From: Pirellulales bacterium
GTDB taxonomy: Bacteria; Planctomycetota; Planctomycetia; Pirellulales; PALSA-1355
DNA length: 64,000 nucleotides
Direction of reading: 5' to 3'
Assembly (NCBI GenBank): GCA_963733035.1
Contig: CAVTBU010000005.1
Location: forward strand, 480,001-544,000
In this document: one piece after another, positions 8,840 to 18,534 of the stretch
How the letters are laid out: every line of letters starts with the position of its first letter
How positions within the stretch are numbered: position 1 is the stretch's first letter
Made by a program: the position numbers and the translations under genes
Notes under the pieces: model-generated
Databases searched by the model: none
What the model was told of the DNA's origin: nothing
The model's input: the letters and a program-made list of their open reading frames with translations, nothing else

Positions 8840-10549
8840 CTAGTTGGACGCCTTAGACACGGCGACTGCCCGCGAAACATCGGTGTTTTCGTCCACCGTG
8901 CCGTCGAGCGTGATTTTGATGATCGAACCGAGACGGCGCTCCGTGTGACGGTTGGGCCAATTCGAGTTGCAAACCCAAACGCTGCCGTCGTCGCCGAATT
9001 CGATTTCACGCGTGTAGGTCACTCGCGAGGGCATGGGGTATTCGATTAGTTCCTCGGTGCTCGGAACGAATCGGAACATCGAGTCGTTGGTAGTACCGCA
9101 GATCCAGATGTCGCCTGTCTTGGGGTGAATATTCAAGGCATAGGGGAACTGATTCTCCTTATTCGGCAGGTCGTAGACGGTCCATTTCTCCGACGTTGGA
9201 TCGAACTTGGCGAACACGCCCGACCCGCAGCCGGGCACCCACACCATGCCGTCGGCCGCCACGTGCAAGCGACGCGGTCCGCGGAACGGGGGATTCCATT
9301 CCTTGATATCGCCATCGGGAACGTCAGGGTTAATCCGTCCCACGCGGTTGCCGTTCAGCTTGGTGTACCAGATATGGCCGTTCGGCGCCACGTCGATGCC
9401 GTACGGCGTGCGGCCGCGAGATTCGCCTACACCCTGGCCAATCGCCTGGTCTTGATCCGGCAGCTTGTAAAACTTGCGGACATTGTCATGGCTCGGGTCG
9501 AGACTGAAAACGCCACGCCCGGCATCCGTGTACCAAACGACCCCCTTCTTGTCGATTCGTAGCGTGTGCGGATAGATACCGCGACGGGCCGGGTCGGGCG
9601 CCGACGAGACAACTGTCCACTCCTCGGTTTTTACGTCGAACTTGGCCATCTTGCCGCCGATCGCGCAGGTGATCCAGATGTTCCCGTCCGCGTCGCATTC
9701 CAGCGAGTGAGGTCCGATCGTCATTGGATCATCGGAGTAGGGCTCCTTGCCACCGGGCAGGCGATACGTCTTGCGCTCGGCCGTAACCGGATCGAGACTC
9801 ACCAGTGCGTCGTTCGCCATGTCGACTGCATAAACGAGTCCGTTGTGCCCCAGCTCCAAATCGTGAATCATCGAGGGGCGTCGACTTCCCATGTCCCACT
9901 CGGCGACTCTTAAGGCCAGCGTCTTGCCCTTCGGCGGCTCGGGCGGCGTCCATTCGGCCCATTTCTTGGGGGCGTCTTCCGCGTAAGTGTTAACCAGCTT
10001 CGAGACGATCGTCTTTTGCAGATCGCGATGCAGCGCCCCGAAACCATCCATTCGGGTGATCATGACTTGCCAGTCGACGGGCTCTTCCGGCGTCCGAAAC
10101 CCTTCGGTGCCGACTTGATGGCAGTAGGTGCAGGACATCTTGAAGCTCATGCGATGTTCTTCGTTGTCGAACTTCAGCTCGCCAAACAGGCTGGCGCCTG
10201 TCCGTTGGCGCAGCAGGTCCTTTGTTGGCTGCATGACAAACTTGGCATTCTCGACGTCCTCGCCGCTGGACACATCCTGGGGATCCAGGTAATTGTCGTC
10301 GAAACCGACCAGCCGGGCTCGCAGTACGTATTCATCGGCTGGCAGTTGATCTAGGACAAATCGCCCCTTATCGTCGGTCATGACGGTAATGCTCTTTTGA
10401 TCGTCTTCCTGGATGGCGGATACCATCGCGCCGCGGAGCCCCTTGCCGGCGCTGTCGACAACCGTGCCGCGCACAGCGCCTGTGTCCGCGGCTTGCGCCG
10501 CGGCCGTCATGAAAACAACTACTGCGATTCCCGCCCAGATCACTCGCAT
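8840..10549 (-). CDS. Secreted protein: carboxypeptidase-regulatory-like domain + c-type heme + virginiamycin B lyase (Vgb)-like beta-propeller
   Basis: Signal peptide; VRGTVVDSAG..TDDKGRF; CTYCH heme motif; propeller blades GPHSLECDADGNIW, YPHTLRIDKKGVVWY, PYGIDVAPNGHIWY, GPRRLHVAADGMVW, PYALNIHP. Confidence 0.8.
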   Translation of the reverse strand: MRVIWAGIAVVVFMTAAAQAADTGAVRGTVVDSAGKGLRGAMVSAIQEDDQKSITVMTDDKGRFVLDQLPADEYVLRARLVGFDDNYLDPQDVSSGEDVENAKFVMQPTKDLLRQRTGASLFGELKFDNEEHRMSFKMSCTYCHQVGTEGFRTPEEPVDWQVMITRMDGFGALHRDLQKTIVSKLVNTYAEDAPKKWAEWTPPEPPKGKTLALRVAEWDMGSRRPSMIHDLELGHNGLVYAVDMANDALVSLDPVTAERKTYRLPGGKEPYSDDPMTIGPHSLECDADGNIWITCAIGGKMAKFDVKTEEWTVVSSAPDPARRGIYPHTLRIDKKGVVWYTDAGRGVFSLDPSHDNVRKFYKLPDQDQAIGQGVGESRGRTPYGIDVAPNGHIWYTKLNGNRVGRINPDVPDGDIKEWNPPFRGPRRLHVAADGMVWVPGCGSGVFAKFDPTSEKWTVYDLPNKENQFPYALNIHPKTGDIWICGTTNDSMFRFVPSTEELIEYPMPSRVTYTREIEFGDDGSVWVCNSNWPNRHTERRLGSIIKITLDGTVDENTDVSRAVAVSKASN

Positions 10550-10632
10550 CGCTATGCTCCCCTTTGGTAGTTGGCGGCCGCCAGTTCAACCGCGACCGTG
10601 TCGATGTTCGCCAGAATTTGATTTTCGTAGCG

Positions 10633-11364
10633 CTAATCCGAGAAATCAATCTCTACGGGCTGGATCACGACGTTGATGAGATAGTCGCGAAAATCAGCCC
10701 GGTCGACCGATTCCAGTGAGCGAAGAAACGCCGCCACCTCGCGGATTTCGGCGTCGGTCAGGGCGATCTTGCCGACTTCCACTTCGATGTTGGCCCGCTT
10801 GTTTTGTTGGGCAATTTGCCCGAATTCCACGTGCTTGGCGATGGCCTCTTCGAGCGTTGAGACACTGCCATCGTGGAAAAAAGACTTGCGATCTGCCAGA
10901 TTTCGTAGCGCGGGGGTGGCAATTGGCTCGGCGGAGGTGCCAATCTGGTGCTTTTTGCCGTCGGTGAAATCGGGCACGGCGTGGCAGGCCGTGCAATTGC
11001 CGATCCCGTTGGCGTCGCCATACGCGCGGATGAATTTCAACCAGCCTCGGAACGCATCGTCACTGAACCCCTCGGCCGGGCGCTTGATCAGAATTCGACC
11101 GGCCTGGTTTCCCAAGCGCGATTCCATGAATCCCCAGTACTCCGCGGCGCTCTCGTCTGGCAGGAATCCCTCGCGGAAGCGATTGATCTTCATGAACGCA
11201 TCGTAGGGGGAGGTGTACTTAGCATCGGTCACGACGCGGCCCGATTGGGTCTGTGCCAAGACGCCGCGCGGCCCGTTGCCCAGCACGGCTGCAAGGCACA
11301 GGAACCCGCCAAGAACTGGCCACGCAGTGAACGAACGGTTGGGCCGCTTGCCGCTTGGGATCAT
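10633..11364 (-). CDS. Monoheme c-type cytochrome resembling only the C-terminal half of di-heme cytochrome c peroxidase/MauG
   Basis: Signal peptide; GNCTACH..PDFTD, TPALRN, FFHDGSVSTLEE, LTDAEIREVAAFLRSL; start codon uncertain. Confidence 0.72.
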   Translation of the reverse strand: MIPSGKRPNRSFTAWPVLGGFLCLAAVLGNGPRGVLAQTQSGRVVTDAKYTSPYDAFMKINRFREGFLPDESAAEYWGFMESRLGNQAGRILIKRPAEGFSDDAFRGWLKFIRAYGDANGIGNCTACHAVPDFTDGKKHQIGTSAEPIATPALRNLADRKSFFHDGSVSTLEEAIAKHVEFGQIAQQNKRANIEVEVGKIALTDAEIREVAAFLRSLESVDRADFRDYLINVVIQPVEIDFSD

Positions 11365-11411
11365 AGGTTTCACATGAGTCGCTCGATCGATCAACCGGCG
11401 CGCTCGGTTTT

Positions 11412-13341
11412 TCAGGGTTTCGCCAACCGCTTTTGATTTTCCTGCACCAGTTGCTCGAACTGTTCGACCGGGAATGCAATGTCGTACCAGCCGATCATCA
11501 TTTCTTCCCAAGTCTGATCTCCCCATCGGACATCATGCTTGGAATCGGGGTTGTACAGATTCTCCTCGGAGTTGTCGAACAGAGCCGTACAAACCATTTC
11601 CGTCCCCTTGGGCAGCATCTTCGGCTGAGACAAAATATAGTTGGTCTGCCAATTGAAATCGTAAAAGGGCATGTCCAACAAGATCTCGTGCTTGCCGTCT
11701 GGATAGCTCACCTCATAGCGGAACGACTTCCCGCGCACATGCATGTGCGGAAACATGGAAAGCAGCAGCGTGTCGCGCGGAAAGGTCTTCTTGGCAACCA
11801 CCCGATAGTCGCTCGCACCGGCCGGGATCACGAAATCGTGATTCGCGGCATTGCTAGTCGATAACAAGTGCGTGACTTCTTCCTTGTTGGTATATACCAG
11901 TCCAATTCCGCTTCGATCTTTCTGCGGGCTGCCAATCGGCGTGTAATGCATCTGGAACGTTAGCCGTGAGCCGGCCGGAATCTTCTTGGCGTAGCCGGGC
12001 TCGAGTACCATCGGACGCGTTCCCGGCGCGAAACCCGCCAGGAAGCCAAAGCCCGTAATGTCGCGGTCGCGCCGGTCCTCAGCGTCTTGTCGCCCTGGTT
12101 CGCTCTCGGGAGTTTGGCTGTCGTTGCGAGCTTCCGCTTCAGCTCGCTCCTGCCGCGCACGCCGTGCACGTTCGCCTGCGGCGGCGCTCCTCGGGAGTTC
12201 TTTCCGGAGGCACGACAAACACAATGATGTGGTGCACGACCGCCGGGTTGCCGGGCAGGCACTCAGCCATCTTGACCCACTTATCTTCCGTAAAGCCTGG
12301 ATCAACCGTGTAGTAACGGTAGGGCTCGGTGCCCTCGGCCATCACATCGACTGGCTCATCGGCGATATAGATCACCTGGTCCGGCTTGCGCGGCAGCAGG
12401 AAGCCGGACGGAAATTTGGGCGGCTCGGGTAATTCCGCCGGGTCACCCTCGGGACAGCCGTTTTCGACCCAGGTATAAACCAGCTGCTTTTCGTCCTTGG
12501 TAAGCGTATCTTCGTTCGCAAAACTGCCGTGCTTGGGGTCCGCGTGCCAGGGCGGCATCCGCTGTTGGCGAATCACCTCGGAAATCATTTCTCCCCAGCC
12601 GGCAACTTCGTCATAGCTGGCCATTGCGAACGGGCCGATCTGCCCCTCACGATGACACTTCACGCAACGTTCATTGAACAGACGGGAAATCTGCTTGGAA
12701 TAGGTGACCTGGGAGTCCTGCTTGATATCGCGCACTCGGCCGATGTAACAACCCTTCGGCTCGGTAACGGGCACGCGCACTTCATGCCCGGCCAACAGAT
12801 CTTCAACTGCCTCGAGCATGTCCAGACGCTTCTCCTGCGGGGCCGCAAAACCCACGCCGGCACCAAAGGTATAGGTGCCGTCAATACGGCCGGAGTAACG
12901 GATCACTCGATCGGCATCGAGTACAAACACTTGCGGGGTCCGCTCCGCTCCAAATTGATCAGCAATTTTGTTCCCAGGGTCCTTCAAGATCGGAAACGTC
13001 ACGCCATGTCTTCGGGCATAAGCCGCAATCTCAGTGATGGAATCCTGGCTGTTGGAATTAATACCGATGATCTTCACGCCACGACCGGCGTAGTCCTGGC
13101 TAATGCGTTCCATCCGGGGAGCATAGAGCTTGGCCAGCGGACACTCGGTACCCGTGAAGTAGACGATCACGATCCGTTGGTCGTCGTAGTCCGAGAGCGA
13201 ATGGCTTTTTCCGTAATAGTCGCGCAGGGTGAAGTCGTTGATCTTTTGCCCAACCTGGGAAGCAAGCTCCTCGGCGGCCAGCCCGCCGACAAACAGCGAA
13301 GCAAGCAGCAGCGACATCAGATTCACGCAGGCGATTCGCAT
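11412..13341 (-). CDS. Redoxin + cytochrome c + copper type II (PHM/DBH-like) monooxygenase fusion protein; apparent frameshift near 12185
   Basis: Joins ORFs 12139-13341 and 11412-12305. AhpC/TSA-like FTGTECP..TP..GC; CVKCH..MPPW; copper ligands VHH, QMHY, PHMH, EEMM. Confidence 0.85.
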
Positions 13342-13795
13342 GACCGACCCCTTACATTGCGGAGGAAAGATGACTGCCGAGTGGCATACCCCGCTCGTGA
13401 CACTCGACTTAACCTAACGCTTTGGGCGTTGGCGGTCAAAGAAATTCTGCGTTGCCACGCGGCGAGCCGCGCATCTTTGAGCCAATGCCCAAAGCCGACC
13501 GCCGTAATGATTCGCCGGCCCGCAACCAGCCGCCCGCCGTGTTGTGGGGCACGCAATTGCCCGGCACCTTGACGCTACGTCGTCGAGCAATCACCGTGCC
13601 ATTTCAGGCCCATTGCTGTGGTGCTGCCAGACCGACGGAAACTGGGAAAGTCCAGTCATTTACCGAGACGCTTACTGCCTCGACGTGTGCGGTCGTTGAG
13701 ACAGATCCGCACGCTTGCTTGCCCAGTTTGTCACGCGCCAGAGTCCGGTTGCGAGCGACCGCTCCCGAAAATCGTTACAAACTATGTGACGCAAT

Positions 13796-16700
13796 TCAGT
13801 CGGTCGAAATGGCCGGGACCGGCGGCGAGCTCTGGCTCAACAGCAGGTATCCGACGGGGATCAACAATCGAGTCAGCAGCATATTCGTGATCAATCCACC
13901 AATCACGGCGATCGCCAGAGGCTGCTGCATCTGTGCGCCGGGGCCGAGCCCAACTGCCAGCGGGATCAACCCAAAAATCGTGGTCAGGCTCGTCATCAAG
14001 ATCGGCCGAAACCGTGTCCGGCCCGCTCGCAGCAAAGCGTCGTTCAGCGGCACGCCTTGGCCGGTGAGTTGGCCAATGTATTCGATCAAGATGATCCCGT
14101 TCTTGACGTCCAGCCCGATCAGAAGAATCGCGCCCATGAATGAGGAGACATTTAAGGGCGTGCCCGTGATCCACAGGGCGAACAGCGCGCTGGCCAACGA
14201 CATTGGCTGGGCCAGGAAGATCAGCATCGGCAGCGTCAGGCTGTGGAATTGGAAGCCGAGGAGCAGGAACACCAACGCCGCGGCGAGTATCATTACCACA
14301 AGCAGGCTGGCAAACGATTCTTGCTGGGCGCGGTAGTTGCCCGCCAACTCCCAGCGATAACCCGGCGGAAACTCTAACTTCGCGAGACGCGATTGCAGGT
14401 CGCGATTGACCGTACCCAAGTCGATATCTGCAAGTTCCGCGGTAACGGTGATTACCGGCTGTTGGTTCTCGCGCCACAGTTCATTGGGACTGCGGGAAAC
14501 GTCGATCGACGCCAATTGCGACAAGGGTACAAAACCGATTCCAGGCGGACCGCCATTCGCGCTTGAAGGTACTGTCGTGATCGGCGTGGCCGTTGCCAAA
14601 CTGATTGGCAGCTGCCCCAAGTGGTCTTTGTCAAATCGCACGCGGTCGGGATAACGCACGCGAATCTTCGTCATGCGGTCTTGTTCCGGGATCGTGCTGG
14701 CCACCTGTCCGTAAAGTGCCGCATTGAGCTGCATCTCAATGTCGATTTCGCTCAATCCCACACGGGCGGTCTGCACGCTGTCAGGCCGTACGATGATATC
14801 GGGGTTGCCAAGGAAGACGTGCGGATTAACGTCCACCGCGCCAGGGGTTTGCTCGACAACGTCGCCGACCTGGGTGGCCAGACTGCGCAGCACGGCCGGA
14901 TCAGGACCAAACACCTTAACCTCGATGGGAGATTCGACGCCCGCCAGGTCGCCAATCTGGTCTTGGATTAGCGGGATCAACTCAATCTCCAGCTCGGGTA
15001 CCGTCGCCTCGAGTTCCTCCCGCAGCGCGTCAAAGATCTCGGAAGCCGGGCGACGTTCGCCGGGCGGCTTGAGGCTGACGAGAATATCGCCCGTGTAGGA
15101 CTCGGTGGCAAAGAATCCGAGTTCGGCCCCGGTTCGGCGAATGTAGCCGTCAATGTCCGGCGTGTGCAACAGCACCGATTCTACGCGGCGCATCACCTTG
15201 TCGGTCTGTGCCAGCGACGTGCCAACTGGCATTTCGTAGTCAATGACTAGCGCCCCTTCATCCATCTCGGGCATGAAGCCGGTTTCCAGATGATTGAAGA
15301 TGAACCAGCCCGGTATCACAATCAGAATCGCAAGGATCACGGTGAGCTTGGGAAAACGCAGCCCCAGTCGAAGCAGACCTTCATAACGACTTGCGAGCAG
15401 ATTGTAGATGGGACCGGTCGTGGGGACCGCCCGCCGAGCCAGATAGCGGGCGGCAAGTACCGGAATGATTGTCAGACTAACGACCATGGAAACCAGCAGC
15501 GCGACCGTCAACGCAATGCTCAACGACTGAAAGAACTGTCCGACAACGCCGCCGACAAGCGCGAGAGGCAGGAATACCAGGATGGTTGTCAGGGTCGAGC
15601 CAATGATCGCTCCGCTGATTTCTCGACTAGCGGCATCGACGGCGGCATCGCCGCTTTGACCTTCGGCGAGATGCCGCGCAATGTTCTCGACGACCACCAC
15701 CGTATCGTCGATGATCAACCCGATCGCCACGGCGAGACCACCCAGCGACATCAAGTTCAGGGTGTCTCCAGTCAGGTAGAGAAACGCAAAACTAATGATC
15801 AGGCTGAGGGGAATGGCCAGCGACGCGATCAACGTCGCGCGCCAGCTTTTCAGAAACAGAAGCAGGACCAGCACGCTCAAACAGCCGCCAATGATGATCG
15901 CATCACGTACATTGGCAATTGCCGTCTTGACGAGCAGCCCCTGATCGTAAATCGGCTGGATGACGATACCTGGAGGCGCTGACTTCGCCGCGTCGACCAA
16001 GACCTGATCCAAGTCGCGAGACACGTTCAAGGCATTACCGCCCAAGCGGCGGAACACGGTCAATGCTACCGCGGATTTGCCATTGGCGCGAATCGCCATC
16101 GTGCGGTCTTCGTGCGAAATTGTCACCCGGCCGATGTCCGACAAGCGAATCGGCTGGCCGTTCTTTTGCGAAATAACGCGGTACTCCAAGTCCGCCGGAT
16201 CAATGGCCAAGCTGTCCACCAGAACCTGGTACTGCAACGTTTCTCGATCAATTCGGCCAACGGCTTTGAGTCGGTGTTCCTTGCCCAACCGATCCGCAAC
16301 GTCCGCGATGGATAGCCCTGTCGCGACCAACGCCGAGGGTTCGACTTCCACCAGCACCTCGCGGATATCACCGCCCTGCACCGTCACGTACGACACGTCT
16401 GCGATCCGGCTAATCCGCGGCCGCAGGTCGTAATACGCGTAGTCGTGCAGCGCTGCCTCATCCCGCCCCCCCGTCACCACAAATGAAATGATAGGGAACA
16501 CCGAGGGGGTCTGCCGCTCGATGATTGTGCTCGTGCCCGGCGGAAGCTGCGAACCCAGTTCCGCCATGCGCGCCCGAACGTCGTTCAGCGCTTGAATCAT
16601 GTCGGTGCCAGAAGTGAAATCGATCGAGAGTTCCGAGGCGCCGCGAACCGACTTCGATCGAACGCGTATCACTCCCAAGACAATGCTGACGGCCTCTTCG

Positions 16701-16951
16701 ATAGGGCGCGTAACAGCCACCTCGACATCCTTGACCGCCATGCCGGGCGTCTGGGCGATGACAACAATGCGAGGAAACGCCACCTCCGGGTAAATGCCGC
16801 TTGGCATCCGCCGCATGGCAACGATACCAAATACCAGCAACAGGCCGGTTGTGAAAACAATCAGCCCAAAATAGGGCCTGGCCAAGGCGACCAGATTGCG
16901 ACGGCCCACCGGAGACGGCGATTCCGGCGACATCTGCGACGGCCGGTTCAT
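13796..16951 (-). CDS. RND efflux transporter permease (AcrB/CzcA superfamily)
   Basis: 1051 aa; LNLMSLGGLAVAIGLIIDDTVVVVENI, VKNGIILIE, RFRPILMTSL, PLAIAVIGGL. Confidence 0.95.
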   Translation of the reverse strand: MNRPSQMSPESPSPVGRRNLVALARPYFGLIVFTTGLLLVFGIVAMRRMPSGIYPEVAFPRIVVIAQTPGMAVKDVEVAVTRPIEEAVSIVLGVIRVRSKSVRGASELSIDFTSGTDMIQALNDVRARMAELGSQLPPGTSTIIERQTPSVFPIISFVVTGGRDEAALHDYAYYDLRPRISRIADVSYVTVQGGDIREVLVEVEPSALVATGLSIADVADRLGKEHRLKAVGRIDRETLQYQVLVDSLAIDPADLEYRVISQKNGQPIRLSDIGRVTISHEDRTMAIRANGKSAVALTVFRRLGGNALNVSRDLDQVLVDAAKSAPPGIVIQPIYDQGLLVKTAIANVRDAIIIGGCLSVLVLLLFLKSWRATLIASLAIPLSLIISFAFLYLTGDTLNLMSLGGLAVAIGLIIDDTVVVVENIARHLAEGQSGDAAVDAASREISGAIIGSTLTTILVFLPLALVGGVVGQFFQSLSIALTVALLVSMVVSLTIIPVLAARYLARRAVPTTGPIYNLLASRYEGLLRLGLRFPKLTVILAILIVIPGWFIFNHLETGFMPEMDEGALVIDYEMPVGTSLAQTDKVMRRVESVLLHTPDIDGYIRRTGAELGFFATESYTGDILVSLKPPGERRPASEIFDALREELEATVPELEIELIPLIQDQIGDLAGVESPIEVKVFGPDPAVLRSLATQVGDVVEQTPGAVDVNPHVFLGNPDIIVRPDSVQTARVGLSEIDIEMQLNAALYGQVASTIPEQDRMTKIRVRYPDRVRFDKDHLGQLPISLATATPITTVPSSANGGPPGIGFVPLSQLASIDVSRSPNELWRENQQPVITVTAELADIDLGTVNRDLQSRLAKLEFPPGYRWELAGNYRAQQESFASLLVVMILAAALVFLLLGFQFHSLTLPMLIFLAQPMSLASALFALWITGTPLNVSSFMGAILLIGLDVKNGIILIEYIGQLTGQGVPLNDALLRAGRTRFRPILMTSLTTIFGLIPLAVGLGPGAQMQQPLAIAVIGGLITNMLLTRLLIPVGYLLLSQSSPPVPAISTD

Positions 16952-18276
16952 CGCCGCGCCTCCGCGCCGGAACGTCGCGCCGTCTTTTCAACCTGCACGG
17001 GCGTTCCTTCCGGCAGGTTGAATCCACCCTCGATGACCACTTGCTCGCCAGCCTGAAGGTCGGTTCCCGAGATGATCGTGTAGTCGCCATGCGTCGCCAG
17101 CGACTTCGGATGCACTTGCACGACCTTTCCATCACGCACAACCAGAAGGTGAGGACCTTCACCCAAATCGAAGATCGCCGAAGAGGGCACGGCCAGTTCG
17201 TCAACCCGCTGGCGAACCAAAATCGTTACGCTGAGGGTCTCTCCAACCGCGACTCGTCCGCCTTCGTTTTCGACGAGGATGCGGACCGGCAGATTGCCGG
17301 TTTGCGGATCGACAATGCGACCCATCGAAACAACTTTTCCGGACACGCTGGCTTCGTCGTCGGACGTAGCGGCAACATGCAGCTGCGGCACTTTCTCTCC
17401 AATCGCGAGCCGCGCCATTTGGCCCGCGCGAACCTCGCTTGCCAATGGGGGTGGCAACCAGACGACCACGTTGAGATGTTTGGTGTTGACGACTTCGCCA
17501 ATCGGCATTCCCACCGTAATGGTCTGTCCGGGGTGGCAGGTAAGGCTGTCGAGGACCCCGTCGATCGGCGATCGGATCGTATGCAAGTCCAGTGTGGCTT
17601 GCGAGAGCGCCAAGGCGCCTTCGGCGGCCTCCAGCCGCGCTTGCGCCTCGGCAACGGCTTCTGGTTTGGGGCCGATCATCAGAAGTTGCAACTGCGCTTC
17701 GGCGGAATGTTGTTGGAGTTGCGCCTGGACGAGCAATTGCTGGGCGTCGAATAACTGAGCCGACGAGACTTCGTGCCGCTCGATCAGCGGCTGCAATCGC
17801 TCCAGTGCAGCCCGGGCACTCTCAACATTGGCCTTGGCCTGCTCCACGGCGACCTCGAGTCCCCGACGATCTTCAAGTCGAGGCTCTACCTTCAGCAGGT
17901 CCAGCGAGGCTTTCAGAGTATCTCGATTCGCCTTTTTTTCGGCGGTATCCGCTTCGGCAAGACTTTTGTCAAGTTCGACGATCGGGTCGCCGTGATGCAC
18001 AAAGTCGCCCAGATTTACCAGGATCCTCTCAACGTGACCTTCCACCGCAGGCGTTAAAGTCACCAACCCATTCGGAAGCGCTTCGCTACGACCAATGCCG
18101 TCAATCGTTTCATCGATTGACCGGATTTCCGCCAGCGCAGTGCGCACTACGACGATGGCCGCATGTTCCTCGTCCGGCGGCGGTTCTTCCTGCTGTTGAC
18201 AGCCCACCAATAGCGCGGCAGCGCACGCGACGAGACGCAGAAGTTTCGCACAACGCTGGGTAAGCTGTACTGACAC
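16948..18276 (-). CDS. RND efflux periplasmic adaptor (membrane fusion protein), lipoprotein
   Basis: Lipobox LLVGC; GHVERILVNLGDFV, coiled-coil hairpin, IRSPIDGV, VDPQTG, GEQVVIEG; overlaps the permease start by 4 nt. Confidence 0.92.
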   Translation of the reverse strand: MSVQLTQRCAKLLRLVACAAALLVGCQQQEEPPPDEEHAAIVVVRTALAEIRSIDETIDGIGRSEALPNGLVTLTPAVEGHVERILVNLGDFVHHGDPIVELDKSLAEADTAEKKANRDTLKASLDLLKVEPRLEDRRGLEVAVEQAKANVESARAALERLQPLIERHEVSSAQLFDAQQLLVQAQLQQHSAEAQLQLLMIGPKPEAVAEAQARLEAAEGALALSQATLDLHTIRSPIDGVLDSLTCHPGQTITVGMPIGEVVNTKHLNVVVWLPPPLASEVRAGQMARLAIGEKVPQLHVAATSDDEASVSGKVVSMGRIVDPQTGNLPVRILVENEGGRVAVGETLSVTILVRQRVDELAVPSSAIFDLGEGPHLLVVRDGKVVQVHPKSLATHGDYTIISGTDLQAGEQVVIEGGFNLPEGTPVQVEKTARRSGAEARR

Positions 18277-18534
18277 TGCGGCGTTGCGACCTGAAGTGAT
18301 GCCTGCGGTCCGTCATTCCAAATTCAATGCAAACAACCTCTATAGATTGAACGGGTAAAGGAGCCCAGTCAAGTTGCGTGATTTGTGACGAAGTTTTTTT
18401 TGCCGACAATCAACACCGAATACTCCGCCGATGCTATATATCGCGGCTATGCGGTTTACTACGCGGCCGCCCCCTCTGCCTGTCCTAGCCCCTCTCAATT
18501 CTCAGCCCCTTTCGTTGCAAAGCGGGAAGCATTC

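Noticed and set aside
8840..10549. Streptogramin resistance gene vgb
   Set aside because: The signal peptide, extra domains and heme motif differ from the cytoplasmic Vgb; only the fold is similar.
13422..14336. 304-aa plus-strand ORF and the many other long antisense ORFs (e.g. 22066-23079, 31112-32203, 41769-43028, 54987-56168)
   Set aside because: These are shadow ORFs opposite well-supported genes, as expected in GC-rich DNA, with no motifs.
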